A stretch of 32,000 bases of DNA, taken from the NCBI GenBank assembly GCA_030604855.1, contig JAUVVC010000002.1:210001-242000 (forward strand), in the 5' to 3' direction. The number at the start of each line of letters is the position of its first letter. The stretch's first letter is position 1. The notes under the pieces were generated by a model that saw nothing but the letters and a program-made list of their open reading frames with translations, was not told the origin of the DNA and made no database searches. Positions 18,088 through 26,841 of this stretch are shown one piece after another. This DNA comes from Erysipelotrichaceae bacterium. Lineage in GTDB: Bacteria; Bacillota_I; Bacilli_A; Erysipelotrichales; Erysipelotrichaceae. The translations under genes were made by a program, and so were the position numbers.

Positions 18088-18777
18088 ATGGAAACCCTAT
18101 CACGTGTCAAGAAATATCAAGCGCTGCGCAATGAAATTGAAAATGACCGCGAAGAAGAACTGGTTTCACCAGCTCTTTCTTCATATGCGGAAAGATTGAA
18201 TAAAATCGATCCTTTGTTGTCGAAACAATCCACTCAAGCTAGAGATGAGAGCTACGAGGCTCTTCATTTTAGACGTGAACAAGCGATCAGTACAAATGAA
18301 ACCTTCGGTGATAAACCAATCGAGACGGATTACATTCAAGAATTTCTAGAAGAAGTTCGAAATTATAATTTGTCCAAAGGTTATCGCAAAGAGTTCGATA
18401 CTGAACTCGATATTCTTAAAAAGCATGGTCCGTTCAACATACCTCGAACAGATGCTGTCAAAAGTGTTGTGTCAGAAGTACCAGAATCTGAAGATGAATT
18501 GACGATGCAGATCAAAACATTGATTGAAAATGATTTTGAAGAAGTCGAAGATTCCACAAAACCAAATGATCCTGAAGAGTTGACACAGGTTTTGGAAGAA
18601 ACGCAAAAATTACGGATTCAATTGAGTGACTATGAGAAAGAACTTGTGAACATGAATGAATCTGTTCTATCTTCTCATCGTGTATTGAATATGGTCGTAT
18701 TTTTCTTGGTTTTGGTATTGATCGTCATGCTTGGTTTTGCGATTTATTGGGTTCTATATTCTAAAGGATATTATTGA
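18088..18777 (+). CDS. Hypothetical tail-anchored membrane protein (acidic cytoplasmic domain plus a single C-terminal TM)
   Basis: 229 aa. GAGAGG RBS 5 nt upstream. Acidic, coiled-coil-like region (EDELTMQIKTLIENDFEEVEDSTKPNDPEELTQVLEETQKLRIQLSDYEKEL), then the TM segment VLNMVVFFLVLVLIVMLGFAIYWVLY. I recognise no family. Confidence 0.6.
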   Translation: METLSRVKKYQALRNEIENDREEELVSPALSSYAERLNKIDPLLSKQSTQARDESYEALHFRREQAISTNETFGDKPIETDYIQEFLEEVRNYNLSKGYRKEFDTELDILKKHGPFNIPRTDAVKSVVSEVPESEDELTMQIKTLIENDFEEVEDSTKPNDPEELTQVLEETQKLRIQLSDYEKELVNMNESVLSSHRVLNMVVFFLVLVLIVMLGFAIYWVLYSKGYY

Positions 18778-19454
18778 TGAAAATAAATATTGCGATTGAC
18801 GGCCCAAGTGCTTCTGGAAAGAGTACGATTGCGAAAGCACTGGCCAAACGTTTAAATTATACGCACATCGATACAGGTTCAATGTATCGTGCATGTGCCT
18901 ATTTGGCTTTAAAACATGATTTGAGACCAAATGATGAAGAACTTGTTGATTATGTCAACAAGAGCCAATTCGAATTCAATGAGAATGGTCATATCTTGTT
19001 AAATGGCAAAGACATTGATTCGAAAATTCGTTCTAAACACATTGATCTCTTAACATCTACGATTGCTCAGAATCAAGCAATACGTTCCACTTTGGTACGT
19101 ATTCAACAACAAATGGCACATACCAAAGGTTATATTCTCGATGGTCGTGACATTGGTTCCGTGGTATTAAAAGATGCGGAGCTTAAGGTGTTTCAGACGG
19201 CTAGCATCGAATCGCGTGCCAAACGTCGTTTAACAGAATATCAAGTCAAAGGCATCGATGTCGATTATCAGACGATCTACGACGAAATCAAATTGCGGGA
19301 TCTTCAAGATCGATCACGTGAACATTCGCCTTTGACGCAAACGGAAGATGCGCATGTTTTGGATACATCGGATCTGACGATAGAGCAAAGTGTTGATCAA
19401 GTTTATCGATGGGCTATGGAGCTCATCGAAGAAAGAAGGGATACAAATGATTGA
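18777..19454 (+). CDS. cmk: Cytidylate kinase
   Basis: [21 protein letters not shown]-loop with the typical cmk N-terminus. ATG 18777 shares one nt with the upstream TGA (TGATG). The ORF-track start at 18774 is a TTG. Confidence 0.93.
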   Translation: MKINIAIDGPSASGKSTIAKALAKRLNYTHIDTGSMYRACAYLALKHDLRPNDEELVDYVNKSQFEFNENGHILLNGKDIDSKIRSKHIDLLTSTIAQNQAIRSTLVRIQQQMAHTKGYILDGRDIGSVVLKDAELKVFQTASIESRAKRRLTEYQVKGIDVDYQTIYDEIKLRDLQDRSREHSPLTQTEDAHVLDTSDLTIEQSVDQVYRWAMELIEERRDTND

Positions 19455-20754
19455 TGGAGTTGTAGCGATCGTTGGTCGCCCTAATGTCGGAAAATCGACA
19501 ATCTTTAATCGAATCATCGGAGAACGATTGTCCATCGTAGAAGATACGCCAGGCGTCACCCGTGATCGTATTTATGCGAAAGCAAATTGGTTGACGAAAG
19601 ATTTCCGCTTAATTGATACAGGTGGAATTCAAGTAGAAAACGCGACTTTCCAAGAAGAAATCCGTGTCCAGGTTGACATCGCAATCGATGAAGCAGACGT
19701 GATCCTTTTTGTTGTAAACGGCAAAGATGGCGTTACCGATGATGATCGTTTCATTGCTCGGATGTTGAGAAATACCAGTAAGCCGATTATCTGTGCTGTA
19801 AATAAAACGGACAATCAAGATCAGGTCCATGGAATTTATGATTTCTATGCTTTGGGTCTGGATGAAATCATTCCAGTAAGTGGTGTGCATGGGATTGGTA
19901 TCGGAGATGTTTTAGACAGCATCATCAGTAAATTCTCAAAAAAGACGGTTCGAGATAAAGAAGGTCAGATTAAGTTCGCCATCATTGGTCGACCCAATGT
20001 GGGTAAGTCTTCTTTGGTCAATGCGATTTTGAATCAAGAACGTGTAATTGTATCCGATATTGAAGGGACAACGCGTGATGCCATTGACACCGTATTTCGC
20101 AATGAAGGCAAAGATTATGTTGTCATCGATACAGCTGGAATACGGAAACGTGGCAAAGTATATGAGAACATTGAAAAATATGCAGTTTTACGTGCCATGC
20201 AAGCGATTGAGCGAGCGGATGTCATCCTTTTTGTAATCGATGGATTAAGCGGCATCCGTGAACAAGACAAGCATGTGGCTGGTTATGCTCATGAAGCAGG
20301 GAAGCCGATTCTAATTGTATACAATAAATGGGATGTCATCACGAAGGATGAATCCAGCATGAACCGGATTACTGAACAGATTCGAGCAGAATTTGTATAT
20401 TTGTCATTCGCACCCATTATTTTCGTATCGGCAAAGACAAAGCAAAGAGTCAATCAACTCATTCCAATGATCAATCGACTCTATGACTATAGTAATTTGA
20501 GAATCCAGACAAGCATCTTGAATGAAGTCATCATGGATGCTCAGCTGGTTACGCCACCGCCTTCACATCAAGGTCAACGTTTGAAAATCTTGTATGCTGC
20601 TCAAGTTTCCGTGGCACCACCAACCATTGTTTTGTTTGTGAATGATCCAAAATTATTGCATTTCTCATATCGACGCTATTTGGAAAACCGTTTAAGAGAA
20701 GCCTTTGTCTTTGAAGGGACACCGATTCGCATCATTGCGCGATTAAAGGAGTGA
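19447..20754 (+). CDS. der: Ribosome-biogenesis GTPase Der (EngA)
   Basis: Two tandem GTPase domains (GRPNVGKST...DTGG...NKTD; GRPNVGKSS...DTAG...NKWD) plus a C-terminal KH-like domain. The start [13 protein letters not shown] is at ATG 19447, overlapping the cmk stop (ATGATTGA). Confidence 0.95.
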   Translation: MIDGVVAIVGRPNVGKSTIFNRIIGERLSIVEDTPGVTRDRIYAKANWLTKDFRLIDTGGIQVENATFQEEIRVQVDIAIDEADVILFVVNGKDGVTDDDRFIARMLRNTSKPIICAVNKTDNQDQVHGIYDFYALGLDEIIPVSGVHGIGIGDVLDSIISKFSKKTVRDKEGQIKFAIIGRPNVGKSSLVNAILNQERVIVSDIEGTTRDAIDTVFRNEGKDYVVIDTAGIRKRGKVYENIEKYAVLRAMQAIERADVILFVIDGLSGIREQDKHVAGYAHEAGKPILIVYNKWDVITKDESSMNRITEQIRAEFVYLSFAPIIFVSAKTKQRVNQLIPMINRLYDYSNLRIQTSILNEVIMDAQLVTPPPSHQGQRLKILYAAQVSVAPPTIVLFVNDPKLLHFSYRRYLENRLREAFVFEGTPIRIIARLKE

Positions 20755-20758
20755 TATC

Positions 20759-21757
20759 ATGAAAATCGCAATCATTGGAAGTGGAAGCTGGGGGACTGCA
20801 TTGGCTCAAGTCCTTGCGGACAATAAACATGAAGTCATGGTCTGGGGAAGAAATCTAGATGAACTGGTGGATATTCAAGTCCATCATCAAAATGAAAAGT
20901 ATTTTCCTGGGATTTTCATCCATGAATCGATTCAAGCAAGCATGGATATTCATGCCTTATTGGATGCCGAAGTATTTTTACTGGCGATTCCTTCTGAAGC
21001 CATTGAAGATGTCTGTGAAACGCTAAATGCGGTTCTGGATCATCCAGTGATCTTCATTAATGTTTCCAAGGGTTTTCATCCGACAACACATCAACGTTTA
21101 TCCGTATACATCAAGGAAAAAATAAAGCCTGGTATTCTGAAAGATGTTGTATCGTTGATTGGTCCTTCCCATGCGGAAGAAGTCATCATGCGACTTCCTA
21201 CGACTGTAAATGCAGTCTGTGAGAATGAGGTGAGTTCGATCTTTATTCAAGAACTCTTCTCCAATGCTTACTTCCGGGTCTATCGAAACACTGATGTGGT
21301 TGGGGCTGAAATTGGTGTCGCTGTCAAAAACATCATTGCCTTGGCCAGTGGAATGATTCATGGCCTTGGGTTTGGAGACAATGCGAAAGCGGCTTTGATC
21401 ACACGTGGTTTAGCAGAGATGACACGTTATGGTGTTTTCTATGGTGCCAAGCCTGAGACCTTTCTCGGGTTAACTGGGGTAGGGGACTTGGTTGTCACCT
21501 GCATGAGCATTCATTCACGGAATTTTCAAGCAGGTTTATTGATTGGGAAGAACGATTCAGCAAAATCGTTCTGGGAGTCCAATACGAAGACCGTTGAAGG
21601 TGTCAAAGCAGTTAAAATTGTTTATGAGGAGTCTTTAAAACACAATATTTATATGCCAATCACTTCGGCTGTTTATCATATCGTTTATGAGAATCAAGCC
21701 CCGTCAGAATTGGCCGTTCAACTCATGCAAAAAGAGCTTAAATCTGAGGAAGTCTAG
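20759..21757 (+). CDS. gpsA: NAD(P)H-dependent glycerol-3-phosphate dehydrogenase
   Basis: MKIAIIGSGSWGTALAQVLA Rossmann motif. 332 aa. Follows der as in Bacillus. Confidence 0.93.
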   Translation: MKIAIIGSGSWGTALAQVLADNKHEVMVWGRNLDELVDIQVHHQNEKYFPGIFIHESIQASMDIHALLDAEVFLLAIPSEAIEDVCETLNAVLDHPVIFINVSKGFHPTTHQRLSVYIKEKIKPGILKDVVSLIGPSHAEEVIMRLPTTVNAVCENEVSSIFIQELFSNAYFRVYRNTDVVGAEIGVAVKNIIALASGMIHGLGFGDNAKAALITRGLAEMTRYGVFYGAKPETFLGLTGVGDLVVTCMSIHSRNFQAGLLIGKNDSAKSFWESNTKTVEGVKAVKIVYEESLKHNIYMPITSAVYHIVYENQAPSELAVQLMQKELKSEEV

Positions 21758-21771
21758 GTAGGTTGTGTTTC

Positions 21772-21800
21772 TTGTATTTAAAAGATGATAGTGATAAACT
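21772..21800 (+). promoter_or_regulatory. Extended -10 promoter for hup
   Basis: TTGTAT (21772-21777), a 17-nt spacer, then TGaTAAACT (21792-21800). The GGAGGA RBS follows at 21810-21815. Confidence 0.5.
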
Positions 21801-21822
21801 TTACTCAATGGAGGAATATAAA

Positions 21823-22107
21823 ATGAATGAAATATTAAACAAAAAGGGATTGGTTGATCTCGTAGCGGAAGCAAAAGAGATGAGCAAAAAACAAGCCGCT
21901 GAATTGGTTGACTTTATCTTTGATACCGTTAAAAATGAATTGGCTGAAGGTAATAAAGTAGATATCGCTGGTTTTGGGAAATTCGAAGTCGCAGCTCGTC
22001 CTGCGCGTGAAGGCATCAATCCAAAGACATTGGAAAAGATCCATGTTTCAGCGTCTAAGGCTCCTAAGTTTAAAGCAGCTAAGGCATTAAAAGATTCCGT
22101 TAAATAA
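21823..22107 (+). CDS. hup: DNA-binding protein HU
   Basis: 94 aa: MNEILNKKGLVDLVAE...IAGFGKFEVAARPAREGINPKT. GGAGGA lies 7 nt upstream of ATG 21823. The ORF-track start at 21763 is a non-ATG upstream codon. Confidence 0.93.
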   Translation: MNEILNKKGLVDLVAEAKEMSKKQAAELVDFIFDTVKNELAEGNKVDIAGFGKFEVAARPAREGINPKTLEKIHVSASKAPKFKAAKALKDSVK

Positions 22108-22109
22108 TA

Positions 22110-22778
22110 ATGGAGACAATTGTTTATCTAATTGCGATTGGGCTCACTTTTTGGGCTCAATACAAAGTAAAAGGTGCTTATTCGCATTTCAGCACTGTGC
22201 CAACGAACAATCGTATGAATGGTGCGGCTGTTGCTCGTAGAATATTGGATTCCAAAGGTTTATATGACGTACCGGTTCAAATGAGTCAGAATGGGGTTTT
22301 AAGTGATCATTTTGATCCTAAAGCCAATACTGTCAATCTATCCCCGAAGGTGTATAACGAGTCAAGTATTGCATCGATCGCAGTTGCGGCGCACGAAGTT
22401 GGACATGCGATCCAGTATGCTGAGAATTTTTCGTTTATTGGGTTAAGAAATACCTTATTACCGATTGCGATCATATCTGGTCATTTGGGTTGGGTCGTTG
22501 CTTTTATTGGTTTGATTTCAGGATTTGATGCGATTTTCTATCTTGGATTGGCGATGCTTATGGTGATTGCCACATTCCAGTTTATTACGTTACCGATCGA
22601 GTTTGATGCTTCAAAGCGTGCTTTAGCCAATCTTGAAGAGGGTGGATTTGTTGATTTAGATGAACGTGCTGATGCCAAGTCGATGTTGAGTGCAGCAGCA
22701 ATGACGTACATTGCAGCGTTTGTCGCAACACTTCTACAAATCTATCGACTTATATTGATTTCCAATCGTAGACGTTAA
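22110..22778 (+). CDS. Membrane Zn metallopeptidase, YugP-like (Zn_peptidase_2 family)
   Basis: 222 aa with an HExxH motif (HEVGHAIQ) and several TM segments. Starts 2 nt after the hup TAA. Confidence 0.8.
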   Translation: METIVYLIAIGLTFWAQYKVKGAYSHFSTVPTNNRMNGAAVARRILDSKGLYDVPVQMSQNGVLSDHFDPKANTVNLSPKVYNESSIASIAVAAHEVGHAIQYAENFSFIGLRNTLLPIAIISGHLGWVVAFIGLISGFDAIFYLGLAMLMVIATFQFITLPIEFDASKRALANLEEGGFVDLDERADAKSMLSAAAMTYIAAFVATLLQIYRLILISNRRR

Positions 22779-22803
22779 GATCCATTCGTGGATCTTTTTT
22801 TTT
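22777..22803 (+). terminator. Rho-independent terminator after the Zn peptidase gene
   Basis: Stem AAGATCCA / TGGATCTT with a TTCG tetraloop, followed by about 8 T. Confidence 0.9.
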
Positions 22804-22836
22804 AGGATAAATATAGAACAGGCCGTATTAATAGGT

Positions 22837-23211
22837 ATGACCTTTTTTCATATCAACGATTCAATTCAAACTCCTACTTATCAGGTTTGCACTTCGAATG
22901 AAGTTTATATTTTTGGAATGGAGCAAGGTCAGATACTCATTCATATCGATCCAGCCTATATGCAAAAAGACAATGGTCTTTTAGTAGGCATCAATGAACG
23001 ATTCAGTCATTTCTACATCATTAATCAAGAGCGCATCATTGTGAATGAGTTGACACTCGATTGGCGAGATTGTGGAACTTCAAGATCTATCGAACAAATG
23101 CAACCAAAAGGAAAAGATATCATCGACTATCCTGTTCCATGGTTTGGCTTCGGTTTCTTCATTCTCATACTATTTGCGCTCATAAGGAGAATTCGATGCA
23201 AACGATACTAA
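22837..23211 (+). CDS. Hypothetical small tail-anchored protein
   Basis: 124 aa with a soluble N-domain and one C-terminal TM plus a basic stop-transfer segment (VPWFGFGFFILILFALIRRIRCKRY). The RBS is weak. It overlaps the next gene by 16 nt. I recognise no family. Confidence 0.5.
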   Translation: MTFFHINDSIQTPTYQVCTSNEVYIFGMEQGQILIHIDPAYMQKDNGLLVGINERFSHFYIINQERIIVNELTLDWRDCGTSRSIEQMQPKGKDIIDYPVPWFGFGFFILILFALIRRIRCKRY

Positions 23212-24695
23212 AATGGCTTAAGTATATTTTTATCATTTATACTTTACATTCAAGTTTGATTCGTGCAGAAGCATATTCAGACGTGATTGTATCAAAAAAG
23301 GATCTCTCTTTTGAGGTTTTGAGTGTGGAAACCAATCAAAATGAGTTGATTGTTAGAGGCTGGGCATTCATTACATACAAGCAACACTTTATGAATGCGT
23401 CCGATCATTCAATCTTTCTAGAATTCTTTAACATCAACGATCAGTTTAAAGTCCAAGCAAGTTTATATAATCTTTCTCAGACGCAGATGATGACCTATTT
23501 TGGCTCGCCTACATGTTCAAATGGATCTACGTATCAATTACCTGAAGTATGCAATTACAACTATGAATATGTTGGTTTTGAAGCAAAGATCTATTTAGAT
23601 CGATTCAATCCAGGTGACAGCTATCAAACAAACATCATCGTACAAGCGCATACGGCCGGAATCAGCTATAAGACTGCTCTATACTATCCATTACCACAAG
23701 ATCTGACGCTCTTTTCATCGAACCGGGAAACAATTGTAACATCCAGATTAGACGCAACTGAGTTAAAAGTTAATGCGACAACGGTTCTTGCACGTAAACA
23801 AGCACAAAAACAAAGTGAGTATTGGTTTTATGGAAGCAATTGTTCGACCACTTATCGTAATCAGCTCTTTTTCCAAGTGAATACAGTTTATCGTGAGATC
23901 TATGAAAAGGTGATCAATGAAAATACTTCATATTATCGACTTGGTGGAAATCTGAATGTTTGCTTTGACTCTAGGCGAAGAATTACAGAAGGAACTCTGA
24001 TTCAACCCGTTTGGATTGCGAGTCCATATGTTCTTTATAGTGGAACGCCACTTCAAATCAAAGTCAGTCTTAAGAATCAAGCACCCTATTTTATCAAAGC
24101 AGAAGCGAGCATCTATCAAGGTGATGTCTTTAATTTAATGGATTATGTTCAAGCAATTGATTCAGAAGAAGGGGATATATCCTATCGTATCCATGAATTA
24201 TCGAGTAATTTGGATCGATTTGTGATTGGTCGATATTCAGTAGATATCAGTGTCTCAGATCGCGAAGGATTGACAACACTCGATACTTTATTTGTGAATG
24301 TTCTCACAAGACCAAATAATGCACCTGTGATTTATGCGAACGACATGCGTATACAACAATTCAGCAATTTTAATGCATTAGATACCATAAGCGCTTTTGA
24401 TGTTGAAGATGGTGATCTAAGTAGGCATGTCATACCAATGAATGTTATTGATAGTAGTATTTTAGGAGATCATAACTTATGTTACTATGTAGAAGATTCG
24501 AAGCATCTAAGTGTTTCAAAATGTATTGTAGTCAATGTCTATAGTTATCAAAGTGTGATGAATAAAGTTCGATTCATATCTAGAAACAATACGTTTTATA
24601 ATGAACGATTGCCAAACAATTGGGAATCCAATCAACTCACATTAGAACAGGTCTTAATGAACCAGATAAGTCTAAAAGATAAGTCCATCAATTAA
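23196..24695 (+). CDS. Hypothetical secreted protein with two tandem Ig-like (DUF5011-type) domains
   Basis: AAGGAGA (23184-23190) lies 5 nt upstream of ATG 23196. Signal peptide MQTILKWLKYIFIIYTLHSSLIRAEA. Residues 27-290 are unassignable and contain Cys. Two repeats (aa 296-370 and 376-449) each carry AP.I....I.....FN..D...A.D.E(E/D)GD(I/L)S...VNV. No LPXTG motif and no lipobox. The ORF-track start at 23061 lies inside the upstream gene. Confidence 0.7.
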   Translation: MQTILKWLKYIFIIYTLHSSLIRAEAYSDVIVSKKDLSFEVLSVETNQNELIVRGWAFITYKQHFMNASDHSIFLEFFNINDQFKVQASLYNLSQTQMMTYFGSPTCSNGSTYQLPEVCNYNYEYVGFEAKIYLDRFNPGDSYQTNIIVQAHTAGISYKTALYYPLPQDLTLFSSNRETIVTSRLDATELKVNATTVLARKQAQKQSEYWFYGSNCSTTYRNQLFFQVNTVYREIYEKVINENTSYYRLGGNLNVCFDSRRRITEGTLIQPVWIASPYVLYSGTPLQIKVSLKNQAPYFIKAEASIYQGDVFNLMDYVQAIDSEEGDISYRIHELSSNLDRFVIGRYSVDISVSDREGLTTLDTLFVNVLTRPNNAPVIYANDMRIQQFSNFNALDTISAFDVEDGDLSRHVIPMNVIDSSILGDHNLCYYVEDSKHLSVSKCIVVNVYSYQSVMNKVRFISRNNTFYNERLPNNWESNQLTLEQVLMNQISLKDKSIN

Positions 24696-24737
24696 CTACG
24701 CATAATGTATATTATGTAATTATTGTGGATTGGATTT

Positions 24738-24759
24738 AAGGGAGTTGTGGCTCCCTTTT
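24738..24759 (+). terminator. Rho-independent terminator between the convergent secreted-protein gene and deoB
   Basis: Stem AAGGGAG / CTCCCTT with a 6-nt loop, followed by TTTTG on the plus strand. There is no U-run in the minus-strand reading, so it mainly serves the plus-strand gene. Confidence 0.7.
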
Positions 24760-24761
24760 GC

Positions 24762-25940
24762 TTATTTTAAATCGTTTAAGTAGGATTTTCCAAATTCAGG
24801 TTGCTTAACATTGAAGTTATCTGCAATTGTCTTACCGATAGAAGCGAATGTATCGCTGACGAGTAATCCGGAACCTCGATGTTTATTGCTGTATAGAATC
24901 AGTGGTATCATTTCACGGGTATGATCCGTTCCAAAATGAACAGGATCGTTGCCGTGATCTGCGGTAAGAATTAGAAGATCATCTTCCCTTAAAACAGTTA
25001 AGAGTTCACCAAGTTGTACATCGAAGTTTTCCAACTCATGAGCATAGCCTTTGGGATCACGACGATGACCCCATAATGCATCAAAATCGACAAGATTCAC
25101 AAAACAAAGTCCTGTGAAATCAGTCTTAGCGGTTTCAATAGTTTTTACCATGCCATCATGATTGCTTTTGGTCTTAATTGATTGAGTTACACCTTCGCCA
25201 TCAAAGATATCATTGATCTTTCCGATGCTTATGACATCAAAGCCACCCTCTTTCAATTCATCCAATGTTGTGCGTCCAAACGGTTTTAATGCATAATCAT
25301 GGCGATTGCTTGTTCGCTTGAACTCCCCTTTTCTTGCGCCAACAAAGGGTCGAGCGATGATACGACCAACTTTCCATTCATCTTTCATGGTCAGTTCACG
25401 AGCAATCTCGCAACAACGATATAATTCATCCAAACTGAAGGTTTCTTCATGTGCTGCGATCTGTAAAACGGAATCAGCCGATGTATAGACAATCATGGCG
25501 TTGGTCCGCATGTGCTCTTCACCCAGCTCATCCAAAATTTCGGTACCACTGGCAGACTTATTGCCAATAATGTCATATCCACAACGTTCTTTTAATGCTT
25601 CAAGCAGTTCATTTGGGAAGCCCGTTTCCGTGAATGTTTGGAAAGGCTTGTCGATGTAGAGTCCCATGATCTCCCAGTGACCAGTCATCGTGTCCTTGCC
25701 AAGGCTCTTTTCACTGAGTTTGGTGTAGTAAGCGAGTGGCTGAGCTACAGGAGTTAGATTTGCAAGTGGATGAAGATTGACGATACCCATTTTTTGCATA
25801 TTGGGGATGTTTAGACCATTGTTTGCTTGTGCGATGTGACCTAAGGTGTCTGATCCGACATCTCCATACTCATGTGCATCCGCTGATGCCCCTACCCCTA
25901 CGCTATCCAGTACAATTGTAAATATTCTACGATAGTTCAT
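24762..25940 (-). CDS. deoB: Phosphopentomutase
   Basis: [17 protein letters not shown]..., [14 protein letters not shown] and TADHGNDP motifs. An AAAGGAGA RBS lies 9 nt upstream of ATG 25940. The ORF-track start at 25964 overlaps xerD and has no RBS. Confidence 0.92.
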   Translation of the reverse strand: MNYRRIFTIVLDSVGVGASADAHEYGDVGSDTLGHIAQANNGLNIPNMQKMGIVNLHPLANLTPVAQPLAYYTKLSEKSLGKDTMTGHWEIMGLYIDKPFQTFTETGFPNELLEALKERCGYDIIGNKSASGTEILDELGEEHMRTNAMIVYTSADSVLQIAAHEETFSLDELYRCCEIARELTMKDEWKVGRIIARPFVGARKGEFKRTSNRHDYALKPFGRTTLDELKEGGFDVISIGKINDIFDGEGVTQSIKTKSNHDGMVKTIETAKTDFTGLCFVNLVDFDALWGHRRDPKGYAHELENFDVQLGELLTVLREDDLLILTADHGNDPVHFGTDHTREMIPLILYSNKHRGSGLLVSDTFASIGKTIADNFNVKQPEFGKSYLNDLK

Positions 25941-25944
25941 GTTT

Positions 25945-26841
25945 TCATTCTCCTTTTTTATCATTCATCGGATGGAATTTGCGATACGCTTCTTGCATCC
26001 GTTTTTTTTCGATGTGTGTGTAGATCTGAGTTGTTGAAATATCCGCATGACCAAGGAGCTCTTGCACAACGCGTAGATCCGCACCTCCATTTAGTAGGCT
26101 TGTCGCAAAACTGTGTCTCAACTTGTGCGGAGAGATCTCAAGATCCAAACCGAGTTCTTGGCTCCTCTTTTTTAACATGGTATAGACATATTGACGTGTA
26201 ATGGCTTTGCCATTTGGTTTGATAAAGACTCGATTCGATTTCGATTTTAGCCAAACGTATCGATCCATTTCCATATAACGTCGAACGTTCGCAACCGTGA
26301 TGCTTGCCATGGGGACCATTCGTTCCTTGTTTCCTTTACCTAATATCCGTAAATATGCTTGTTCAAGATATACTTGACTGAGTGTGAGTTCCACAAGTTC
26401 GCTGACACGTAATCCACAGGAATATAATACATCAATCATGGCCACATGAAATCTCTCGTGCTTGAGATTCTCTTGTGTGAGCAAGTTGTCGATGTGGTTT
26501 TGTTCGATGGTTTTTGGATAACGATGAAGTTTGCGAATCTTTTGAATATGACTGGCTGGATTATCTTTAAGTTGATAGTACTGCTTAAGAAAACGATGAA
26601 AATTGATGATGCTTGTTTTAGCTCTTAATACACTTGCATTCGCATACGCATCATTTAGTGTATGAAGATAAGTATTGATCTGCTCAGATTGAACCTGTTC
26701 CAAGCGGATGTCTTTGTCGATGAAGTATTTCGAATAAGCGTTCAAATCACGAAGATAGGCTTGGATCGTGTTCTTCGCTTTACGATCGACATACTCGAGC
26801 TGGTTTGAGTATGCTTCAATCGCCTTCTGCCAATCAAGCAT
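25945..26841 (-). CDS. xerD: Tyrosine recombinase XerD/XerC family (chromosome dimer resolution)
   Basis: 298 aa with an N-terminal SAM-like domain and the catalytic R...HxxR...Y set ([35 protein letters not shown]). Embedded in a housekeeping operon next to recN and deoB. Confidence 0.85.
   Translation of the reverse strand: MLDWQKAIEAYSNQLEYVDRKAKNTIQAYLRDLNAYSKYFIDKDIRLEQVQSEQINTYLHTLNDAYANASVLRAKTSIINFHRFLKQYYQLKDNPASHIQKIRKLHRYPKTIEQNHIDNLLTQENLKHERFHVAMIDVLYSCGLRVSELVELTLSQVYLEQAYLRILGKGNKERMVPMASITVANVRRYMEMDRYVWLKSKSNRVFIKPNGKAITRQYVYTMLKKRSQELGLDLEISPHKLRHSFATSLLNGGADLRVVQELLGHADISTTQIYTHIEKKRMQEAYRKFHPMNDKKGE

Noticed and set aside
24701-24716. Hairpin CATAAT-GTAT-ATTATG just after the secreted-protein gene.
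   Set aside because: The stem is 6 bp and all A/T apart from one C:G pair, so it is too weak to call. The real terminator is the GC-containing hairpin at 24738-24759.
22779-24761. Looked for direct repeats or an att-like duplication flanking the AT-rich two-gene module.
   Set aside because: Only a 6-nt coincidence (GTGGAT) is shared between the flanks, and no integrase or transposase is adjacent. The mobile-element call is not supported.
25945-26841. Tyrosine recombinase as a marker of a prophage or integrative element.
   Set aside because: Its length and motifs fit XerC/XerD. It is translationally coupled to recN and deoB within a housekeeping operon. No att-like repeats, tRNA gene or phage genes are nearby.
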